A stretch of DNA of 63,666 bases, counting the filler, from Octopus bimaculoides (Eukaryota): the NCBI RefSeq assembly GCF_001194135.2. It is 4 parts of 4 records of this genome, joined end to end, with 100 filler letters (N's around TTAATTAATTAA, not from the genome) between each part and the next. Parts side by side here need not be neighbours in the genome. Positions count along the whole stretch, not along the records: positions 40,034 to 59,809 come from NC_068984.1; positions 59,910 to 63,666 come from NW_026373518.1; 2 more parts are not named here. The stretch is one strand, 5' to 3'. Every line of letters starts with the position of its first letter. The first letter of the stretch is position 1. A model generated the notes under the pieces. That model was given only the letters and a program-made list of their open reading frames with translations. It made no database searches and had not been told where the DNA came from. The position numbers and the translations under genes were made by a program. Positions 52,763 to 63,666 of this stretch are shown here, one piece after another.

Positions 52763-53185
52763 AAGATGGCAAGCTGGAAGAATCGTCAGCACGCTGGGCA
52801 AAACGCTTAGCGCTATTTCGCCCGTCTTTACCTTCTGAGTTCAAATTCCGCTGAGGTCGACTTTGCCTTTCATCCTTTCAGGGTTGATAAATTAAGTACT
52901 AGTTATGCACTGGGGTCGATGTAACTGACTTAATCCCTCTGTCTGTCCTTGTTTGTCCCCTCTGTTTAGCCCCTTGTGGGCAATAAAGAAATAAGAAACG
53001 TTAGTACACCGGGCGAAATGCTTAGCAGTATTTCATCTATCTTTACATTCTGAGTTCAAATTCCACCGAGGTCAACTTTGCCTTTCATCCTTTCAGGGTC
53101 AATAAATCAAGTACCAGTTGTGTACTGGGTTTAATCTAATCGACTGGCCCACTCCCCAAACATTTTGGGCCTTGTGCCTAGAGTT
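52763..53185 (+). mobile_element. Two tandem family B SINEs with different 3' tails
   Basis: Both have ctgagttcaaattcc B-box; tails ..gggcaataaagaaataa versus ..gggccttgtgcctag. Confidence 0.9.
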
Positions 53186-53519
53186 GAAAATAATTTTAAA
53201 CATTTGTTATTTTGAGCCAATAACTGGACTTTTATGTACTTGGTAGAAATGCTAGAAACAGCAGCAAAATCTCCTTCAAATTACTCTAACCATTAAAAAC
53301 AAAGGGTATATTGGATAAGTGTTTCCAAAATACTGCCTGAAAACAATATAAGGTTTGTTTGATCAGTGTGTCTTTGTTTATGGATTTATACAAATATTAA
53401 TATTCATGCTTGCTATTGTAAATAATTCAAGTCAACGGTTTTGACTGAATCTCAATTTCTGTCTAAATTGTACCACAAGAGGGAGGAAATTTGGTGGATG
53501 GAAATTGTTTCAAAGACCA

Positions 53520-53563
<44 letters not shown>

Positions 53564-54725
53564 TGTGTGTATTTAAGAAAAAAAAACAGCTTTTATTTCA
53601 AACCTGTTATATTAAAGACACATTAGTCCTTTATATTTAGTTTGGAATAGTGGTATTTTGAAATCTATTAGTCCATTAATGTTTCAAGACATTCCCAATC
53701 GCATCCTCAGACTGATGGAATGGTAATAATATCCGTTCACATGATTTGCAGCAAATCATAAAAGATTATGAGAATACACTTGTACTGCATAAAATAAACA
53801 GTGCCATATTTAAAAATTAGGCAACACTTCAGTGCTGATAGATTCCAAAATAGTCTTACTTGTAATGCATCAGATTGTTAATTCATAGTTTGTATTTTAC
53901 TATTATCATAGCTTCTATAGTTATTCTTCTCATTCTATATAATTCTATATAAAACACCATTTTGTCAACTTATTTTCTATTTAATTTTGTTTTGTAGACT
54001 GTTTTGTAATGAGTTGCTATAGCCCTTTTTCATAAATGCAAGCCAGTCAATGAGAAAATATTACACTTGTGTATCTGATGTAAAAGTTTCACTCCTGAAG
54101 TTTACAACTTACTTATGTACATTAAAATTCATGTATTACATTGGTTGCCTAAAGCATGCTCTGTGATTTACTAGTTTGTGGTTTCATGTCATTGCAAATG
54201 TTTTTCATTCTGGTGGTCTTGTAATATATTCTCTCACACAAACTATAAGTTTGTGGTTAGGGCTAATACATATTGTATGCTAATAGCTTTACTAAATACT
54301 AATACTGCAGTTAAGTCTGTTACATATTGTATTCTAATAGCTTTACTAAGCACTTTACAAAACTTTACTAAAAGCAGAATATGCGTCGGACATTAACAGC
54401 CAAATATATCACACATAGAATAAAATGTGAAATCTATGAGGACTTAATCACTGTATAAAACTGGCTTTGGCTATTTTGTCTGTTATAATAGTATTCTATG
54501 ATCCTTTTACGACCAACTGGAAAGTAAGCAAACAACATACTCTTATTGCCATTACTTCATTCTGATAATGCAACAAGGATAGTTTTGAAACTTTAATGGA
54601 TTTAGGAACTCTATTGTTCCAAACTAAACATCGAGAGAAATGGATGGAATATGAAAAATCCTTAAAGAAAGATCTAACTCAAATTTAGTCATGTCTTTAA
54701 TATGACACACTCAAGCACATATATA

Positions 54726-55567
54726 CAAGGTGTGATGGGTAAATTGTCGCTATTTATATTTTCAATTTCACGCATGCACAGTGTTTGTTTTTGATTTTGT
54801 AGACTACACAGTATAGTAGGGTCAGTTGGGCACCATCTGTGAGAAACACTGTACCATGACTCAATTCACTCTGCCAGAAATTTGAAAATGACATGCTGTA
54901 CTGCTTGGCATTCACACTGGAAGCTCCAATATGAACATTTCAGAGTGATTGAATATCAATCTGATGACAGTGCAATTTGAGGAAATGTACTGAGAGTGAT
55001 AAAAATCAAACATCCAGTCAACAACATGGTGTTTGGAGTGATCACTAGTGATGGCGACGTTATGCCTCCATTGATCTTCCCACATGGCCTCAGACTCAAC
55101 ATGGAGGCCTACATCAAGAGCCTGGAGGAGGTAGTGCTGCTCCGGATGAAGAGGGTGGCCGCTGGAACACCCTATGTCTGGCAACAGGACTCTGCACCAT
55201 GCCACACAAGCATAAGAAACCAGTGATGGCTGTCGGACAATTTCTGCAACCACATCAGCCCTAACATCTGGCCACCCAACTCCCCAGACTGCAACCCTCT
55301 TGATTATTATGTGTGGAGTGCAGTTGAGCACAGGACCAATAAAACTCTATGTAACACCAAAGATGAACTGAAGGCAAGGATTATGGCAGCATTCACCACC
55401 TTAAACAAGGAGACCATCCAGAAGAGATTCTGAAGTCATATAGAGGCCATGGTTGAAGGCAGCAAGATATGTCTTTGTAATTTTGGTAAATACATCTGTT
55501 ATTATGAGATGTCAGTGTTATTTTCATTTTTCTTTAATATAGATGACAGTTTAATCACCACACCCTG
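54726..55567 (+). mobile_element. Internally deleted maT (DD37D) transposon with both TIRs
   Basis: TA|caaggtgtgatgggtaaattgtc ... gacagtttaatcaccacaccctg|TA; YVWQQDSAPCH..WPPNSPDCNPLDYY with 37 residues between the two Asp. Confidence 0.9.
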
Positions 55568-55599
55568 TATATGTATGCATGTCTATGCATGTATATATT

Positions 55600-55755
55600 T
55601 CTATCTATCTATCTATCTATGTATCTAGGTAGGTAGGTAGGTAGGTACATATCAAGGTAGGTAAGTAGGTATATAGGTAGGAAGGTAGGTGGGTAAGTAG
55701 ATAGGCAGGCAGGCAGGCAGGCAGGCAGGTAGGTAGATAGGTAGGTAGGTATGCA
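55600..55755. repeat. (TCTA)/(AGGT)/(AGGC)n compound microsatellite
   Basis: Directly visible. Confidence 0.9.
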
Positions 55756-57899
55756 TACATGAATATGCAAATATGTGTATGTATCTGAATATGTGTACCT
55801 ATGTCTGCATTATGTAAAATAAAACAACATTGTTTTAAAAAGCTTGACCAGAGCTGTGAGAATAAAAGCCTTACATAACAATTCAATAAATATAGATTGT
55901 TAAAATAAGTATCAAACTGAAATAAATACAGTGGTTGATGTTATCAACTAAACTTTTGAATGTCTGAAACCATTAAAAAGAATATACCATAGAGAGAGAG
56001 GCTGTGATTTGTGATACTAATACTACTTTCATAATACCAAATGCAACTTCAGTTTTAATCTAGTAGTCACCGAATAGATATTTATTGTATATAGATGCAG
56101 AAGGTTACATATTTATAAGGAAATGGAACTGCGTAATGGTCAGGTTTCTCACTGAGGGGCTTTGCAACATTAACAGAAAACGTATAGCTGCAACTGCAAA
56201 TCAAACTGTCACTAATTCTACTCACCAGGAGTTTACCTGTGTTCTTTATAGATGCCAATATAAATGACTAAATGTTATTAATTAACTTTATATTTAATTT
56301 CTTTTATTGTTAGATCTTCACTCAGCTATATTGTTTGAGTTATATATAGAATTTTAGAAATAGCTTAATATGTCTCAAAGCACAAATTATGTGTAAATAT
56401 ACCAATAAATGAAAATCTCAATTGTATTATTAATATTGCTTCTCTTTGTTTTGATTTTGATAATATGGTTGAGTACTAAAAATATTGTATTCTATCCACT
56501 TCACATATTTTCTTTACAATTCTGCAATGATGCATAACTTTGTTTACAGACTATTTTCCCTAAAATTTCAGTCTGCTGTTTATGCTTAGCAAAGAACAAT
56601 GCACGTTAATAACCGTCATCTTGTCTCTGATATTGATATGTTGGCCCCTGGTCGATTGATTGATCAATTCAGGATATGTTTCCGAGTTAGGAACATCAAT
56701 TAACTTATCTGCAGGATTTGTCTACATAGGTGGTATTTCAATTTGATTGAGTAATGGAAAGAGAAAAGAAAAAGTATATACACCCTACAAGATTGATCAA
56801 TAACTATAGAACTATTCAACTAGCAGTTTAATGAACAATTTGCTAATATAGTGAACTGAAAGTTTCATATGTCCTCAGTTGTTTAGAAAAAATATGGCAC
56901 ATTATTATTATATTTGGTGTGGAGGCCAGTTCTTTGTGAACTACGTTGTTCATCCAGTTTCAATTCTTAACCAGAAGTTTCTGTTACCTCATGCTATTAA
57001 TATACATTGTGAAATGCTTGCGCATCACAAATTCTTATTTATTCTTCCATAAAAATCTTCAAAAAAAAAAAAAACAATGGCTTTGAATTGCCTTTACAAA
57101 GTATGAAAAAAAAGCTAAGCTATTAAGATTTCAAACAAGTATTTAACCTGAGATAATGTTTAACTAATAACTAACGTTTCAGGAAAACAAATAAATTTCT
57201 CTGAACATTAAAAAAAAAAAAAAAAAAAGCTTATTTCAGAAAGTATCATCTTCTTTCCTTTCCTGACTGATTTATATAGTGGTAGCTTGATAAGATCAAC
57301 GTCTGTTGAACTACATAATTCCACAGTATATTTAACTTTAAATATGATGTAACCAAAATAAGAGAAATAATAGAGGTCAAATGGTGAACTGGATAAAATA
57401 TTGGACTCAAAGAATCATGACTTTGAATATTCTACTGACATTATTTCATTGTTTTTCATAACAGAATACTATATACTAGATTGCTTTCATTTTTCTGGTT
57501 ATTGCAAATATGTATCAGGATTTTAAAATTTCTGGGAAATGGGAAACAGGACTCATTATCCACCTTTTGAAACATGTATCTGAATATTACATTAGCACCA
57601 CTACTGAGCTATATGTGTATGTATGTGCACATTTATTGGTTAAATTAAATGTATGCAACATGACTAAATAGGAAGAAGTTTGCTTCATAATCATGACTCA
57701 AGCTTCACATGGAGGTTTGTCACATGAATTATACTTGCAATTTAAACTTTCATAGTGTGTTGTGATGATTCCTTCAGAAAATTACATGAAATATACACTT
57801 GTTTGTTGAACATTCAACCATTCAGTGGAATGACACAACTGAGTTCTCATCATCAAGACTGTCAAAGATCCATTTACATTATTACTTCACAAGTCCTCA

Positions 57900-58230
57900 C
57901 TGATACACCAAGTTTCTATACTTTACATGTTTTTCAAACCAACTGATAACAAATATGGTTTTCATTGAGTCTTTTATATAAGTATTTCCATGGTCATTGC
58001 TCTGATGAGCTTTATGGTCCAGTAACCCTTCTCAAAACCTTTAACTGTATCACTCACCTCTCTTCACCAGTGCAACATTATACTGTTGAGATTCCTGTTA
58101 GTCATATGTCTTTATATTCTAATAGCTTCTCTTCCTGCCCTGCTACTTTCTGGAACTAACTACCATTGTCTTGATACCCTCTGGTCTATAAAATTCAATT
58201 CCTTAAGAACTCTATCAATATCTTTTTAAT
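57900..58230 (+). mobile_element. CR1-like LINE 3' fragment
   Basis: SLLYKYFHGHCSDEL..YTVEIP..YSNSF..ATFWN*LP. Confidence 0.75.
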
Positions 58231-59349
58231 TTGTAGGTACCCACCTTTTTCTCCTCTGTAGTCCCTTTTTCTACATTGGCTTCAGAACAAATGCTAGATT
58301 TATACACTTTAAGATAGTGAAGTTTATCTGTCTTTCTCAAAATCTTTACTTCTCAGAGCATTATAGTTCATTAAATCATTTAATAGAAAAGCTAACATAG
58401 TAAAATGACCTTCTCAAGCTACAACAATATAACCAAGGTATTTGTTCTATGATGTATGATGTATTTTTTCTCTCCCATATCACCTGAAAGAACTGCAAAA
58501 TAATAATTAAGTTCCTTTTCTTTAGCTTATATCTGAGATTATTGTTAATTTAACATTTCTATAATTGACATATGCAATTCATATCCCTTCTTAGTATTGA
58601 ATGATGAAATAAAGTAAAAAAACTACAAAAGATTACAAAATTTTTGAATAATTGTTCTTGTGTAGTTTGTTGAATTTCTTGTCAAAGACACATGCAATTT
58701 GTATTAGTTTCCCATACACAGTCAATAATTTTAAAGTGTGTATAGTAGTAGTAGTAAAAACTGCTCTTGAAATACAAACTCTCATGATAGTTAAGTTTCT
58801 TATGTATTTTCATTTCTCTTCTACAAATAATTCCAATATTTAATCAAGTACACTTGAGCAATACTTCCAGGCAATGATACACTGCAAATTATTGCTGAAC
58901 GTAAAGGAATATTCAACCAGTGGCTGATTCAGATTACTAACTTTTCTGTCAAGTACAATATTCTAATCCAACACTTTCATTGAATATGAGAACAATAGAC
59001 TGGCCTTACAACATCATAATTATCAGCAACAATCAAAATAATTACTACAGTCTCTTTTTTTATATTGTAGGTATTCAATAGAGAATTATCTTTTCTATAG
59101 TCATTAGACTTTATCCATACTGGAGTACTGGCTTTAATGGATTTAGATAAGGTTTTAGGTAATCATACAAATCTCATCCTCTAGTAATCCTTTCAATCTG
59201 GTACGTATATTATTGGTCTCTTTTGTTTTCCTATTGAATTATTATAAGACAAAAATGGGACACAGTTTAAACATCTGCTGTTGACATAAACATATACAGG
59301 GTTAAAGACACACATACATTAACTCACACACACACACACACACACACGA

Positions 59350-59520
59350 TGTCGTCTTGAAGGATACAAAGGGACTGACATGAGACCTCCAGTGATGGTG
59401 AGCACTAATGAACCTGGTCAGCTCTATGCACAAAGACACCCCTAGGACCACTAACGGGGATGACTTCAGCCTCATCAAGTAAGAGCATGAAGCATTGGGC
59501 TGTAATTGAATAGAATCCAA
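59350..59520 (-). mobile_element. CR1-like RT fragment
   Basis: LKSSPLVVLGVSLCIELT(W)F.. Confidence 0.45.
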
Positions 59521-59809
59521 AAAACACACATGCTGATACACACACACCCAAACACACACACACATACACAAATACACATGCTGCCATTCAGTCTGTAGTG
59601 AACACTACACTTATTAGGAAGTAAATGAATATGTCAATTTTTGCATTGAAGAGATTTTTACTTTCTGAGTTCATAATGCAATTTTTAATTGTAAAATATG
59701 AATGAAGGGAGATATTGAAATGCATGTAGGCATTATAAAATTGACAGTTATGTAAATAAATTGATTTTTCTGTGTTCAAACACTCCATTTTCTTTATATT
59801 ATATATGAG

Positions 59810-59909
59810 NNNNNNNNNNNNNNNNNNNNNNNNNNNNNNNNNNNNNNNNNNNNTTAATTAATTAANNNNNNNNNNNNNNNNNNNNNNNNNNNNNNNNNNN
59901 NNNNNNNNN
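59810..59909. other. Artificial scaffold linker N44-TTAATTAATTAA-N44
   Basis: As at 8942. Confidence 0.95.
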
Positions 59910-59947
<38 letters not shown>

Positions 59948-59999
59948 CATTATATATATGTATATGAACTGAACTACAGAAGAAACTTCGCACACGTAC

Positions 60000-60571
60000 T
60001 AAACAGAAACCAGTTTATTAACAGACTGCCCATAGCATTGATTGGAGATTGCTAATTAAGAAACCGTTCTTTCCTAGTGATAAAAACGTCGTTTCCTGAA
60101 ATATGTTTGACGTCACATGGTGTCATGTGATGACAAAGTGTCCTGGGTCCAAAGAAATGAACTCGATATCTTGTGTGACCACCATTAGCATTGATTACCG
60201 CCAGGCATCTTTTGTACATTGAGTGCACCACATGATTGATGACAGCCATGGGGACAGCAATCCACACTCTGTTGAAACTTGCAGTGAGTTGTGCCACAGT
60301 TGTCAGCCTTGGACGGATGTCATTTAGTCTTCTTTGGATTTCGCCCCACAGGTGCTCTGTGGGGTCCAAATCCGGACTTAGGATAGGCCATGGCAGTGTC
60401 TGGATGTTGTGCTGTTGGAGGAAGTCTATTGTCAACCTGGCAGTATGGACATGGGCGTTGTCATCCTGGAACACACGTGATTCTGATGACAGGCAAAGTA
60501 TGACACAATGTGAGGCCTCAACGCTTGGTCAATGTAGTTGAGCAGCAGTTACTTCATTGCCCCTGCCTTAG
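60000..60571 (-). mobile_element. Tc1 (DD34E) transposase C-terminal half, cut by a gap
   Basis: FQDDNAHVHTARLTIDFLQQHNIQTLPWPILSPDLDPTEHLW..RCLAVINANGGHTRY; 34 residues from D to E. Confidence 0.9.
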
Positions 60572-61085
60572 NNNNNNNNNNNNNNNNNNNNNNNNNNNNN
60601 NNNNNNNNNNNNNNNNNNNNNNNNNNNNNNNNNNNNNNNNNNNNNNNNNNNNNNNNNNNNNNNNNNNNNNNNNNNNNNNNNNNNNNNNNNNNNNNNNNNN
60701 NNNNNNNNNNNNNNNNNNNNNNNNNNNNNNNNNNNNNNNNNNNNNNNNNNNNNNNNNNNNNNNNNNNNNNNNNNNNNNNNNNNNNNNNNNNNNNNNNNNN
60801 NNNNNNNNNNNNNNNNNNNNNNNNNNNNNNNNNNNNNNNNNNNNNNNNNNNNNNNNNNNNNNNNNNNNNNNNNNNNNNNNNNNNNNNNNNNNNNNNNNNN
60901 NNNNNNNNNNNNNNNNNNNNNNNNNNNNNNNNNNNNNNNNNNNNNNNNNNNNNNNNNNNNNNNNNNNNNNNNNNNNNNNNNNNNNNNNNNNNNNNNNNNN
61001 NNNNNNNNNNNNNNNNNNNNNNNNNNNNNNNNNNNNNNNNNNNNNNNNNNNNNNNNNNNNNNNNNNNNNNNNNNNNNNNNNNNNA

Positions 61086-61265
61086 TATTCTTTTACTTGT
61101 TTCAGTCTTTTGACTGCAGCCAAGCTGGAGCACAATCTTAAAGGGTTTTAGTCGAAAAAATCGACCCCGGGACTTATTCTTTGTAAGCCGATTACTTATT
61201 TTATTGGTCCCTTTTACCGAAACTGCTAAATTATGGAGATGTAAACAGACCAACATTCGTTGTCA
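61086..61265 (-). mobile_element. Family A SINE 3' half
   Basis: cttttacttgtttcagtc..aatcgaccccgggacttattc. Confidence 0.8.
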
Positions 61266-62216
61266 ACAGGTCGACAGATCCAATCCATCAATGGAATTGT
61301 TAAAATCTGTAAAATTTCTCAGAAGTTTATCATTTAAGTATATATGAGCATGTCTAGCTATGCAACTATATGCATGAGAAGACATACATAAAACAAAGCA
61401 TATAAATCTGAAAAGATACATACATACATGCATTAAAAAAATACCCTGTTGTTGATGTCGAAATTCCAATGAGGGAGCCATTGATCCAGGCTAGAAACCA
61501 GCCCTGTCTCTGTTGGCGACAAATCTTGAAGTAAAGCTGAATAACAACATACACACAAAACACACACATACACGCATACATACATATATAATATGTATAT
61601 GTATACAAACATACATGCCTGTATAATGTCAGGGAGGGTTGGGTGAAAGTAAAAAGGGAAGAAGATGGGAAAAAGAGCAACGGTGGTGGTGGGGGGGTAG
61701 AAGTGGTACAAAGAGTGAGAGGAGGAGGAGGAGGAGGGAGACATTTCAGGAAACTGCAAATTAAGGTAGGGCCTCAGCTGTGGAGTGAAAGAAGTAAAGT
61801 CGGGTTGGCGGGGAGGGGGGGGGTGAGTCACCCCAGGGGGAAGACATAGACATTCACACATGTGTTGTAAATGTGCATATATACATACACACACATACAT
61901 ATATACATGTGTGTGTGTGTGTGTATGAGTGAGCGAGTATATTTATATACACACCCACGCATGTATAATATTTATAGCATCATATAAATGAATGTGTGTA
62001 TATAATCATGTTCACAGAATAAGACGTACATAATCTGGTTCTTACATGTATGTATATCTAGCACTGTATTAATTTCTTTAATATCCATGTATGTATCTAT
62101 AAAACATGAAACCACTAATAAATTGCAAATATACTTTTTAAAATCCGGTTTTGCAGGAACATTTAATGGTGTATATGTGTGCATAATAGTGCATGTGTGT
62201 GTTTGTGTGTGTATGT

Positions 62217-62265
<49 letters not shown>

Positions 62266-62899
62266 NNNNNNNNNNNNNNNNNNNNNNNNNNNNNNNNNNN
62301 NNNNNNNNNNNNNNNNNNNNNNNNNNNNNNNNNNNNNNNNNNNNNNNNNNNNNNNNNNNNNNNNNNNNNNNNNNNNNNNNNNNNNNNNNNNNNNNNNNNN
62401 NNNNNNNNNNNNNNNNNNNNNNNNNNNNNNNNNNNNNNNNNNNNNNNNNNNNNNNNNNNNNNNNNNNNNNNNNNNNNNNNNNNNNNNNNNNNNNNNNNNN
62501 NNNNNNNNNNNNNNNNNNNNNNNNNNNNNNNNNNNNNNNNNNNNNNNNNNNNNNNNNNNNNNNNNNNNNNNNNNNNNNNNNNNNNNNNNNNNNNNNNNNN
62601 NNNNNNNNNNNNNNNNNNNNNNNNNNNNNNNNNNNNNNNNNNNNNNNNNNNNNNNNNNNNNNNNNNNNNNNNNNNNNNNNNNNNNNNNNNNNNNNNNNNN
62701 NNNNNNNNNNNNNNNNNNNNNNNNNNNNNNNNNNNNNNNNNNNNNNNNNNNNNNNNNNNNNNNNNNNNNNNNNNNNNNNNNNNNNNNNNNNNNNNNNNNN
62801 NNNNNNNNNNNNNNNNNNNNNNNTATATGTGTGCATAATAGTGCATGTGTGTGTTTGTGTGTGTATGTATACATACATATATATATATACATACATATA

Positions 62900-63065
62900 T
62901 ACGACAGGCTTCTTTCAGTTTCCATCTACCAAATCCACTCACGAGGCTTTGGTCGGCCCGAGGCTATAGTAGAAGACACTTGCCCAAGGTGCCACGCAGT
63001 GGGACTGAACCTGGAACCATGTGGTTGGTAAGCAAACTACTTACCACACAGCCACTCCTGCGCCT
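62900..63065 (-). mobile_element. Family A SINE 5' half
   Basis: Near-consensus head ending gccactcctgcgcct. Confidence 0.9.
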
Positions 63066-63290
63066 ATATGGCTATTGTTCACAACGAAACATGTGCAACA
63101 TGTTGTAAAAGTGTGCCTTTCAGTTGGAGGATTGAAAAGGCATGTGAAAAGAGTTCATTCTGTGGCACCTGTCCCTTCTGCCAGCCAGCACAGGTGTGCC
63201 ATTATGTAATAGAAAGTAAAAAACTTTTCGCGAGGCTCAAGAGTCACACAAAGGCCTCACATTGCATCAGCAATGACTCATTTCAGTGGT
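63066..63290 (+). mobile_element. RTE-like C2H2 C-terminal fragment
   Basis: TCATCC-KVCLSVGGLKRHVKRVH..HRCAI.. across frameshifts. Confidence 0.55.
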
Positions 63291-63589
63291 TCTTTCTAGC
63301 AATGACTTTGCTTGTATACGAGAAAGCAGCTAAGATATATGTATATATATATAACAATTAGAAAATGGAGGATAATATGCTGAACCCAACTACTTGCAGA
63401 CGGTGTATCCCGTTGAATTCATTAATTTAATTCATAGCAAAAGTGACAAAAAAAAAGAAAGAAAAAGAAAGAAAGAACCAAAGCACAGGTGTCTATGGCA
63501 GACTATGTTATTTTGCCAATCTGGTTTACATATAGAAGTACAAAGTACATAAGGAATTAGAGGATGAACAGAAGTTTAATCTTACAGCT

Positions 63590-63666
63590 GTTTCGGCCTA
63601 GTTTTAGCAAGCCCCATTCTATCCGAATATTTCTTAGAATGGGGCTTGCTAAAACTAGGCCGAAAC
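63590..63666. repeat. Perfect 31-bp inverted repeat with 15-nt loop at the window end
   Basis: gtttcggcctagttttagcaagccccattct (63590-63620) and its exact reverse complement (63636-63666). Confidence 0.95.

Noticed and set aside
53690-53730. HPQTDGMV, resembling a Gypsy integrase motif
   Set aside because: Only 8 residues with no flanking integrase or LTR similarity
62172-62888. ~65-bp direct repeat on both sides of a gap
   Set aside because: Typical uncollapsed contig overlap at a (TA)n array

Overview
AT-rich, microsatellite-dense eukaryotic draft scaffold with many N-gaps. The SINE families and repeat content look cephalopod (Octopus-like); this is inferred from recall, not a database hit. 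No complete, identifiable protein-coding gene is supported. The ORF-track entries are almost all products of microsatellites, N-gaps or decayed transposons. The window holds: a compact Pol II promoter at the far left firing out of the window on the minus strand; about 20 tRNA-derived SINE copies from at least 4 families; decayed Tc1/mariner (DD34D, DD34E, DD37D/maT) elements and MITEs; fragments of Tx1/L1, CR1, RTE, REL-endonuclease and Penelope retroelements; and three artificial N44-TTAATTAATTAA-N44 scaffold linkers. Most notable: (1) a Penelope-type hammerhead ribozyme split exactly at its cleavage site by a SINE with a 27-bp target-site duplication; (2) a perfect 31-bp hairpin ending the window that carries a second hammerhead-like core; (3) several long fold-back structures; (4) an abrupt switch to CpG-decayed repeats at the ~40 kb linker, suggesting a methylated gene body with unannotated exons. 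I see no evidence for a wholly new multi-gene system. Coordinates of decayed elements are approximate.
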